A DNA stretch of 64,000 bases from Bryobacteraceae bacterium (GTDB lineage Bacteria; Acidobacteriota; Terriglobia; Bryobacterales; Bryobacteraceae). Where the stretch lies: contig DATHOT010000117.1 in NCBI GenBank assembly GCA_035484655.1, forward strand, positions 16,414 to 80,413. The letters are read 5' to 3'. Below are positions 41,486 through 49,132 of this stretch, piece after piece; the stretch's first letter is position 1, and each line of letters begins with the position of its first letter. The notes below the pieces were generated by a model. That model saw only the letters and a program-made list of their open reading frames with translations. It ran no database searches and was not told where the DNA came from. Position numbers and translations under genes: made by a program.

Positions 41486-41857
41486 ATGGCCAAGCCGGCA
41501 GCTGGATCCGTGCCGCTAGCAAAACTTGAGTTGTACGAAAAATTAGTGGCCACCAATCCGAACGTCGAACGGAAAGGTGCTACCGTGCCGTACACATCTT
41601 TGAACGGCCACATGTTCAGTTACCTTAGCAAAGAGGGCAAACTGGCTCTCCGGCTTCCGGCTAAGGAGCGGGCGGCCTTTCTCGAGAAGTACAAAGCGAA
41701 GTTGTGCGACGCCTATGGAAAGGTTCAGCCCGAGTACGTCGAGGTTCCCGACTCGTTGCTCGCGTCGACGCGCGAATTGAAGAAGTACTTCGACAGCAGT
41801 TACGAGTACGTAAAGTCCCTCAAACCGAAGCCCACCGCAAAAAGTAAGAAGACTTGA
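41486..41857 (+). CDS. Small hypothetical protein with Lys-rich C-terminus
   Basis: Coding-like 123-aa ORF with GAGGAGGG upstream. Family not confidently recognised. Confidence 0.5.
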   Translation: MAKPAAGSVPLAKLELYEKLVATNPNVERKGATVPYTSLNGHMFSYLSKEGKLALRLPAKERAAFLEKYKAKLCDAYGKVQPEYVEVPDSLLASTRELKKYFDSSYEYVKSLKPKPTAKSKKT

Positions 41858-41893
41858 GCTTGCAGATGCGGGAAGGGCGTGATATATGGCCGT

Positions 41894-44092
41894 TCAAAAG
41901 TGAAACCGGTACCTGATCTCACCGTAAATCTGCCGAGGGTTGATATAGTGGGTCCCGCCAAAAGTGTTGCTCGTATCCAGCAGATAGCGAGAGTTGGCGA
42001 TATTTACCGCGTTGGCGGAAACGGTCCAGTTTTCTCCAAAACGCTTGCCGATGGACAGATCGAAAGTAGAGTGCGGCGGAAGGTGCGACGGCCCGTTGCC
42101 ATTGAGAAAGCCGGAGCCGAACTGGTATGCCGGTGTTGCCCACATGTTGCCCGGCAATGTCAGAGAGAGAACGGAAGTCGCAGTGTTGCGCTGATCGTGA
42201 TCGAGAAGAAAATTCCCCGTCGGCGCGTCCTCCAGTAACCCTCCGGTAATTGGGCCGATTCCATGCCCAATCTGATTTGAGTACGCCACTCGCCATTGAG
42301 CCATATGGAAAAGCCGGGGCGAGCGCAAAGTGACCTCGGTGCCGCTGATGATGGCACCCACATCCGTCAATGGAATAAAAATACCGGAGTCGCCGAGTAC
42401 ATCGTGATCCAGGAAGTTACGCGCGCTGGTGTGAAAATTATCCACATCGATCGACCATCCGCGTACCGGAATGCTCAATCCGACATCATGCTGGATATCG
42501 CGCTCACCCGGCAGCGGAATGAAGCCGAAACCTAGTGACACCGCAAAATCGAGCGACGGTCCGGCCAGACTATCGAGTGGAGGAGGCTGGTAGTAATACG
42601 CGTAGTAGCCGTGCAGCGTCCAATTCAGGCGCGGAATGCGGATGGCCGCGCCCAGCCGGGGATCGAAGGCGTTTTCATTGAGCAGTCCGGCGTAGTGCGT
42701 GAGCCGAAGGCCGAGGTCCAGGGTGAGCCAGGAGGTGACTCTGTATTGATCCTGCAAAAAGAAAGCGGTCGAGCTGGCCCAATGTGTTTCCACGTGATTC
42801 AGAACATTTCCACCGGGATTGGCCGTGAGCCCGAAAAAGATGTTGTCATGCTGGCCCCACGCTTCGATGCCTGCCAGCGCGTTATGTCTGTTCTTCTGCA
42901 CCTGGACGACGGAGCGGCCGCCTAAGTAGTTCGAACGGGCGTTGTCGTTCAGAACGAATGGATTGTCATTGGGCCCACCGAGGTAATGAGCGCTGTTGTA
43001 ATGGTAATAGGGTGAGAGCGTGAACGTGATCCCATCGGCGAAGCTATGTGTCCAATGGAAGCCCACCAGATCATCTTGCTCGAGATCGAGATCGCGAATT
43101 CCGGCGGCCTGATCGTCTTGGGTATTGGGAATCTGATAGTGGTCTTCGCGAAACGAACCGATCCAGCGGAGTTGATCCTTGGCGTTCGGATTATAGAGCA
43201 AAGAAAGAAATCCGCCCACCCCGCTGTACTGATCGTGGATCACTTGCGAAACCGGCGGCGCCAGCCCCAACTCCGACCGGCTTCCGTCTACGCTGGCGTA
43301 GTAGGCAAAGCGTTGGGTATGACTGCCGATCTTGATCTGATCGTCGGTGGAATAGAAGTTGCCCGCTGACGCGATCACTTCGCCCTGATTGTAGCTTTCG
43401 AAGCCGGAAGGCGTTACTACGTTGAAAAATCCGTAGGTGCGATCGCCGTACTGGCTCGAAAAACCGCCGCGCTCCACCTCTAGCTCGGCGACGTTCTTGG
43501 GATTGATGAGGGGCGCCACATTGGCTGCAATATTGGTATTGACCACCGGTATGCCGTCGAAAAACCAGTTCACCTGATGGCCGCCGCGCATGTGAAGCAT
43601 GTCGTGAACCATGTAAGCTCCCGGAGTAAAATCGGTGATCATCGCGAGGCTGTTGGTTTGATCTGCCCCTGCGGTCTGGGCGATTTCCTGAGGCGAGACC
43701 TCGGTCTGAACCGTCGCCGTCTGTGTGTTCAGCTTACTGGTGGCGCCCGACACCTCAATCGCTTGATGCACTGCGGCGAGCTCGAGCTGGAAATGTAGAA
43801 CTGGCATCTTTCCGGCGGTTACGGTGGCTTGCTGTTCGAGCGGTTGCATGCTGGCAGCAGAGACCGTGACTTGATAGGTGCCTTCCGGAAGATCGTCCAC
43901 TTGAAATTCACCATTGGAGTTGGCCTGCAAGGTTCTGGTCGCGGTGGAATCGCGGCCGCGAATCAGCACTTGGGCGTCCGGAACCGGGCGATGCTGCGGG
44001 TCGTGCACGACGCCTTTCAGAGTGCCATTGGCGGCCGGCAAAGGCGTCGCCGACAAGAAAAAGACTATACAAGCTAGGGACACGGATTTCAT
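41894..44092 (-). CDS. TonB-dependent receptor with carboxypeptidase-regulatory-like N-domain
   Basis: Signal peptide. NGTLKGVVHDPQHRPVPDAQVLIRG. Plug/barrel region. Terminal ...YGEIRYRFHF. Confidence 0.9.
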   Translation of the reverse strand: MKSVSLACIVFFLSATPLPAANGTLKGVVHDPQHRPVPDAQVLIRGRDSTATRTLQANSNGEFQVDDLPEGTYQVTVSAASMQPLEQQATVTAGKMPVLHFQLELAAVHQAIEVSGATSKLNTQTATVQTEVSPQEIAQTAGADQTNSLAMITDFTPGAYMVHDMLHMRGGHQVNWFFDGIPVVNTNIAANVAPLINPKNVAELEVERGGFSSQYGDRTYGFFNVVTPSGFESYNQGEVIASAGNFYSTDDQIKIGSHTQRFAYYASVDGSRSELGLAPPVSQVIHDQYSGVGGFLSLLYNPNAKDQLRWIGSFREDHYQIPNTQDDQAAGIRDLDLEQDDLVGFHWTHSFADGITFTLSPYYHYNSAHYLGGPNDNPFVLNDNARSNYLGGRSVVQVQKNRHNALAGIEAWGQHDNIFFGLTANPGGNVLNHVETHWASSTAFFLQDQYRVTSWLTLDLGLRLTHYAGLLNENAFDPRLGAAIRIPRLNWTLHGYYAYYYQPPPLDSLAGPSLDFAVSLGFGFIPLPGERDIQHDVGLSIPVRGWSIDVDNFHTSARNFLDHDVLGDSGIFIPLTDVGAIISGTEVTLRSPRLFHMAQWRVAYSNQIGHGIGPITGGLLEDAPTGNFLLDHDQRNTATSVLSLTLPGNMWATPAYQFGSGFLNGNGPSHLPPHSTFDLSIGKRFGENWTVSANAVNIANSRYLLDTSNTFGGTHYINPRQIYGEIRYRFHF

Positions 44093-44144
44093 ATAATGCT
44101 CCTCTCGGCAGGTCAGGGACCTGCCCCACGACTACAGGATTCGC

Positions 44145-44522
44145 TTATGAGAGAGGTGTGGGAGGCCCGCGCTTTTGACGAGTGCGGCTGTAGGAGATTC
44201 GCCCCAGCGCTTCAGTCTGTGGACGCGACGCTGGATGATTGACGAGACCCGCAAAGATTGCCCGTGACGTTCCAGGCAAACTTACGGTTGGACTGGCTGG
44301 AACGCCCTTCGCCGCGGGATAGTAGGGGCACTTGGCAGCTTCCGCCGAGGGACCCGACGACGATTCCGATTGGGTCGCTGTCATCGTGCAATGATGCTGT
44401 CCTGCACGTTTGCAGCACGCCGGAACGCTGGAATATGCATCCCAGGCCAACACCGCCGGGCTGATCAGCGAAAAGCTGAGGAGACCCACCAACAGTATTG
44501 CGGACATGCGGCCCATCGGCAT
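44145..44522 (-). CDS. Small exported Cys/His-rich protein
   Basis: ATG at 44522, 8 nt after AGGAG. Signal peptide MPMGRMSAILLVGLLSFSLISPAVLA. Mature part has PACCKRAGQHHCTM and KCPYYP. The longer ORF to 44642 would overlap the upstream gene. Confidence 0.55.
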   Translation of the reverse strand: MPMGRMSAILLVGLLSFSLISPAVLAWDAYSSVPACCKRAGQHHCTMTATQSESSSGPSAEAAKCPYYPAAKGVPASPTVSLPGTSRAIFAGLVNHPASRPQTEALGRISYSRTRQKRGPPTPLS

Positions 44523-44559
44523 TATTGTACTCCTCTGCACGAAGTTGGTAGGGGGCATG

Positions 44560-45651
44560 TCAGGGCCGCTTAGTGAAAATGAGACCATGCTGAACGGGCA
44601 GCAAATCCAGCACCCGGTCCAGTTCGAATCCAATCGGTTCAATTTCTGCGCGGATTTGATTGATGGTCATCCGCTCCGCTTTGTCTTGTGGGCCAAAGGG
44701 GTGCCCTTCGGCAAATTCGATTACAACCAGACGTCCATCCGGCTTTAGAGCCCGATTGACAGCGGTCAGCATGGCTTCCGGCTCAGAGAATTCGTGATAG
44801 GCATTAGCAATCAGGACCAAGTCGAACGATGTGGCCGGCAGATGGGGGTCTTTCTCGCCGCCCAATACCAGCTCGACATTGGAAAACTGATGCTTCTTTA
44901 TCGTCTCGGCGGTCAGGTCGAGCATCTTTTGCTGCACGTCGACGGCGAAGACCTTGCCCATCGGCCCGACTTTTCCAGCTAGGCGCCACGCGAAGTAGCC
45001 CGTGCCGGACCCTATCTCGGCAACATTGGCGCCAACTGGAATCTCCAGGGCGTTCACTAGCGAATCGGGACGTTCTTCTGCGTCGCGCCCGATCCGATTG
45101 AGAAAGCTCACATCCGAATAGGCGTGGTTCGGTTGACGCGTACGCTTCATGGTTGCGGCGATGGGAGGTCCCTTCAACGTACACAGGTAAGCCACCACAT
45201 CGTCGATTTCCGCGCCCGAAAGCCGAGTCGCATAGGATGGCATCAGCGACCGCTGCTCCCGCCAGGTGCTCTTTAGGTCGTCCTTCAGAAACGATCTGGG
45301 GCTGCCATCGATATCACGAATCTGGATCGAGAGGTCGTCTTCATTCAAGGCTAGACCCTGAATTGTTTCTCCGCGCTTGGGGACGATGACGACGGTGTAA
45401 TATTGGGGAGAAATTTCGGCATTCGGTTCGATCAGCGATAACCGCAGCGACTTCGCAGAACGCCGGATACCGATATCGCCCAAATCCGGTCCCAAACTGG
45501 CGCCGCGATCTCCGATGGAATGGCACGCTCCGCACCCGCCCTTGCCTTCGAATATTGACTTACCGGCCGGGGCATTACCGGTCACTCTTAACTGACCAGT
45601 TTGCGCGGCGAGAGTGAGCGCCAGCATTGCCGGCCCGATCTGTTTGAACAC
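44560..45651 (-). CDS. Fusion: exported c-type cytochrome domain plus class I methyltransferase-fold domain
   Basis: Single uninterrupted ORF. N-terminal signal-like segment. Haem motif CGACHS with SLMPSY. C-terminal motif I VAEIGSGTGY...LKPDGRLVVIEF. Confidence 0.8.
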   Translation of the reverse strand: MFKQIGPAMLALTLAAQTGQLRVTGNAPAGKSIFEGKGGCGACHSIGDRGASLGPDLGDIGIRRSAKSLRLSLIEPNAEISPQYYTVVIVPKRGETIQGLALNEDDLSIQIRDIDGSPRSFLKDDLKSTWREQRSLMPSYATRLSGAEIDDVVAYLCTLKGPPIAATMKRTRQPNHAYSDVSFLNRIGRDAEERPDSLVNALEIPVGANVAEIGSGTGYFAWRLAGKVGPMGKVFAVDVQQKMLDLTAETIKKHQFSNVELVLGGEKDPHLPATSFDLVLIANAYHEFSEPEAMLTAVNRALKPDGRLVVIEFAEGHPFGPQDKAERMTINQIRAEIEPIGFELDRVLDLLPVQHGLIFTKRP

Positions 45652-45658
45652 CTTGCTT

Positions 45659-47353
45659 TTAATCCAGGCCGAAAGTGACGATCAGGTCTCCGGCTGCAAT
45701 AGACACCATCTGTTTTCCATTGGCAAGATAACTGATCGGCGACGCGAACACAGGGCCATTAGATGAGAAAGTCCACAGCCGTTCGCCGGTGGTAGAGTTC
45801 AACGCGAATATCATGCCTTCGAGCGTTCCCCCGAACACCAGGTTTCCACCCGTCGCCATTACGCCTCCCCAAGGAGGAGTGAGGACTTTATGCTGCCACT
45901 TGATCGTTCCTGTTCCGGGATCGATAGCTGTGACCGCGCCCCAGCTTTCCTCCGGCGCGCCGATACCTTGAGTTTTGGCTCCGCCCAGTGCCGGATCATA
46001 CGCCCCCGCATTGGCTAAGCCCCCGCCGGCGGGCGGCCTATCCGGCTGATCGGTAGTCGGATGAGGAACCGCGTTCTTCGAGAACCTGCGGTGTTCCTCC
46101 CGCGCAAAGACGTAGAGAAGTTTGGTGAGGGGGCTGTAGCTGTGCGACATCCAATTGGCGCCGCCATCCACGCCGGGCCAAGTATGATCGTTGCCTTCGG
46201 GCGTCGGCTCGTTGCCCGGAATGACTTCCGGACGGCCGTTGTCATCGAAGCCTTTTGCCCAGGTTTGCTTCACAAAGGCCTTGGCCGTCAGGAATTTTCC
46301 GTTGGTGCGGTCAAGGAGATAATAGAATCCATTGCGGTTGGCCCAGGCCAGCGTCTTTTTCATCTCTCCGCGGAACTCGGTATCGAGCAGGATCGGAATC
46401 TGCGTCGAATCCCAATCGTGCAGATCGTGCGGAGTAAACTGGAAAAACCATTTCAGCTTTCCGGTGTCTGGATCGAGCGCCAGCACCGAGCACGAATACA
46501 GGTTGTCGCCCAAGCGAAAGTCGTCGTTGTAATCCGGCCAGGGATTGCTGGTGCCCCAGAAAAGGGTATTAGTTTCCGGATCGTACGAGCCGTTATTCCA
46601 GGTGGTCACGCCGCCGGTCTTCCAGGAATCTCCAGCCCAGGTTCCGAAGTTCGCTTCGCCCGGCTGTGGAATGGTATTGAAGCGCCACAAACGCTGCCCG
46701 GTCTTCGTATCATAAGCGTCCAGGAATCCATTGACGCCATGCTCGCCGCCCGCCATTCCGACGATCAGTTTGTCTTTCACTACCAGAGGCGCGCCGGGTG
46801 CCGCGTAACCGCCGGCCGCGGTGTAGTCGCCCATCTCGGTCTTCCACAGTTCGTGACCGGATCTTGCGTCGACTGCGACGACGTGCATGTCGAGCGTATT
46901 CATGAATAACGTATTGCCGAGTATCGCGAGCCCGCGATTCACTTTCCCGCAGCAATTGAAGGTGCGCGGCGGATTCCGGTATTCGTAGTTCCACAATTGC
47001 CGTCCGGTGGTTGCATCCAGGGCATAGATGGCATTCTCCGGGCGCGTCAGATACATGATGCCGTTCGCCACCAGCGGCGTGGTCTCGAACTTTTCGATGT
47101 GCCGGCCCTGGAACAGCCACTTGACATGGAGGTTTTTAACGGTCTGTTCATTAATCTGATTCAAGTTGCTGTAGCGCCAGCTATTGTAGGTATGCGAATA
47201 CATGAGCCAATTGCCGGGCTCGTCCGCGGCCTTCAGCAACCGCTCGTAGGTTACCGGGCCCTGGGTTGGGGGCGCCTGACCTTTCAAGGTCCAGACCAGT
47301 GCCGCGGCCAACGCTACGGTTCCGAGGCAAATGCTTCTCTTCTGTATTCTCAT
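45659..47353 (-). CDS. PQQ-dependent alcohol dehydrogenase (methanol/ethanol family) with D-x-D (lanthanide-type) signature
   Basis: Signal peptide. Vicinal-Cys ring FNCCGKVNRG. TPHDLHDWDS aligns with TPHDEWDYDG (XoxF) and TPHDEWDYAG (MxaF). NRNGFYYLLDRTNGK. Confidence 0.9.
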   Translation of the reverse strand: MRIQKRSICLGTVALAAALVWTLKGQAPPTQGPVTYERLLKAADEPGNWLMYSHTYNSWRYSNLNQINEQTVKNLHVKWLFQGRHIEKFETTPLVANGIMYLTRPENAIYALDATTGRQLWNYEYRNPPRTFNCCGKVNRGLAILGNTLFMNTLDMHVVAVDARSGHELWKTEMGDYTAAGGYAAPGAPLVVKDKLIVGMAGGEHGVNGFLDAYDTKTGQRLWRFNTIPQPGEANFGTWAGDSWKTGGVTTWNNGSYDPETNTLFWGTSNPWPDYNDDFRLGDNLYSCSVLALDPDTGKLKWFFQFTPHDLHDWDSTQIPILLDTEFRGEMKKTLAWANRNGFYYLLDRTNGKFLTAKAFVKQTWAKGFDDNGRPEVIPGNEPTPEGNDHTWPGVDGGANWMSHSYSPLTKLLYVFAREEHRRFSKNAVPHPTTDQPDRPPAGGGLANAGAYDPALGGAKTQGIGAPEESWGAVTAIDPGTGTIKWQHKVLTPPWGGVMATGGNLVFGGTLEGMIFALNSTTGERLWTFSSNGPVFASPISYLANGKQMVSIAAGDLIVTFGLD

Positions 47354-48162
47354 TGCGCCCCCTTCAGGGAATTCAAGTAAGCCACCAGATCGTCGAGTTC
47401 TTTCTTGCTGAACGTGGTTTCATAGGACGGCATAACGGTAGGTTTATCCCGGCGAACTTCCTTGATGTTTTCTTTCAGGAAGGACCGCGGGTTGCCGCTG
47501 ACGTCCCGTACCTGCACGGACAGGTCATCTTCATTGAGCCGGATACCCGAAACTGTTGAGCCGGACGTCGTGACCACTTGGACAGCACGATATTTATTCG
47601 GCACGAACGCTTCCGGCTTCACGATGGATTCCTCGAGAAACGCCAAGCCCCGCCGCCGCCCTATATCCGTCAGGTCCGGTCCCAAATCCGACCCTTCGTT
47701 GCCGATTCGGTGACAGGCGACACATCCGCCTTTGGCGTAGTTGACCTTGCCGGCTTCGGCATTGCCGGGCGCCTTCTCCTTAAGGCCCTGAGATCCGATT
47801 CGCTTCACAAAGCCGACCAGCCTCCAGACGTCATCATCGCCCACCCGCACCGCAGGCATTTCAGTTCCGGGAATTCCGCTGCGGATGGTCGTGAACAATT
47901 CCCGATCCGATCCCCCCATTTCATATTCGCCCGCCGTCAAATCAGCACCCCGGCCGCCTTCGCCGTGGCCGCCGTGGCAGTAGGAGCAATGCAGCTGGAA
48001 TAAGCCACCACCCTGCTGGACATCCGCCTCAGTGTTAAAGGGATTAGTTTGCGCGATGTTCTTGCCACGTACTGCCTCGCCCGTCAGTGCGGGGTTTTGC
48101 ACTCCCTGCGCTGTTAGCAATATCGTTGGGACCAAAACGAAGAAAGAAACTCTTAGCCACAT
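47350..48162 (-). CDS. Exported dihaem c-type cytochrome
   Basis: Two haem motifs, CSYCHGGHG and CVACHRIG. The second domain is paralogous to the N-domain of 44560-45651. 4-nt ATGA overlap with the dehydrogenase start. Confidence 0.85.
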   Translation of the reverse strand: MWLRVSFFVLVPTILLTAQGVQNPALTGEAVRGKNIAQTNPFNTEADVQQGGGLFQLHCSYCHGGHGEGGRGADLTAGEYEMGGSDRELFTTIRSGIPGTEMPAVRVGDDDVWRLVGFVKRIGSQGLKEKAPGNAEAGKVNYAKGGCVACHRIGNEGSDLGPDLTDIGRRRGLAFLEESIVKPEAFVPNKYRAVQVVTTSGSTVSGIRLNEDDLSVQVRDVSGNPRSFLKENIKEVRRDKPTVMPSYETTFSKKELDDLVAYLNSLKGAQ

Positions 48163-48276
48163 ACCGATCTCGACTCCTCAGTCAATGTCGACCTCATCAA
48201 TGCCGGAATATCTTATGATGCCAAATAACACTCATCCTAGCAGTACTGCCGGGATAGGCGTTGATGCGGGCCAACT

Positions 48277-49017
48277 CTATGGCAGCAGATACCCGCTGTT
48301 GGCCAGGATCGCGCGGCCGTCTGAGCCGAGCAGAAATGAGCGAAACTGTTTCGCTTCTTCGATTCGCGCCGATCCGGTGACAATTGCTATCGCCTGCTCA
48401 ATCGGATGATAGAGCTGCGGATCGATTTTTGAAACGGTTCCTCCGTCGTGCAGCACGAGTGAATAGGCCGTGAACGCAGCGTCGGCATTTCCGGATACCG
48501 CCATCTGCTTGGCTTGACTAATGCTATTGGCGTACACAATCTTTGGCTGAACGGCTTCCCAAAGATGTGAATTCTTCAGGACCTCTATGGTCGCTTTACC
48601 GTAAGGCGCCAGCTCCGGTTGAGCAACGGAAATAAAGCGAACCTGCTGCCTGCCCAAGTCTCTCAATTCGCGGATACCGCTTTGCTCGCCCTTGGGAATC
48701 CACAGGGCAAGTTGGCCTCTGGCATACACGGCTCGGCTGTCGGTGATCAGCTTGCGGGACGTCACGAGGGAATCCACATGTTCGGTATCGGCGGAGGCGA
48801 AAAGGTCGAATGGAGCGCCGTTGTCGATCTGTTGCGCTAATTGCGCAGTGGGGCCGTAGCTAAAGATCACCTCGATGCCTGTTTTGGCCTTAAACGCGCG
48901 GCCGACCTGGCCGAAAACGTCCATGAGGTTTGCAGCGGCTGCCACGGTAAGCGTCGCCGGCAGTTCGGGACTCGGCCGCGAGCCGCACGAGCCCAGAATA
49001 ACTGCCGCGCATAGCAT
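48277..49017 (-). CDS. modA: ModA-like (molybdate/tungstate-type) periplasmic binding lipoprotein
   Basis: Start at ATG 49017 with lipobox ILGSC. LTVAAAANL...SYGPTAQLAQQIDNGAPFDLFASAD and PYGKATIEVL. The rest of the 337-aa ORF overlaps the divergent gene. Confidence 0.8.
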   Translation of the reverse strand: MLCAAVILGSCGSRPSPELPATLTVAAAANLMDVFGQVGRAFKAKTGIEVIFSYGPTAQLAQQIDNGAPFDLFASADTEHVDSLVTSRKLITDSRAVYARGQLALWIPKGEQSGIRELRDLGRQQVRFISVAQPELAPYGKATIEVLKNSHLWEAVQPKIVYANSISQAKQMAVSGNADAAFTAYSLVLHDGGTVSKIDPQLYHPIEQAIAIVTGSARIEEAKQFRSFLLGSDGRAILANSGYLLP

Positions 49018-49132
49018 CCATTCTGCATGACGGGGGTGGATTGACACTGTTGCGTTAATTATATAGTGTCTCGTAGACTCCACACCGGCGGATGTTGTGT
49101 TAACATAACGAGGTTCGTTTAGCACACCAGTT

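Noticed and set aside
44071-44090. CTAGGGACAC string resembling the start of the 25-bp repeat arm
   Set aside because: Only about 8 nt match, and it lies inside the receptor signal-peptide coding sequence. This is consistent with chance.
44523-44642. Longer version (165 aa) of the small Cys/His-rich ORF
   Set aside because: It would overlap the 3' end of the fusion gene. The ATG at 44522 has an AGGAG at ideal spacing and yields a proper signal peptide.
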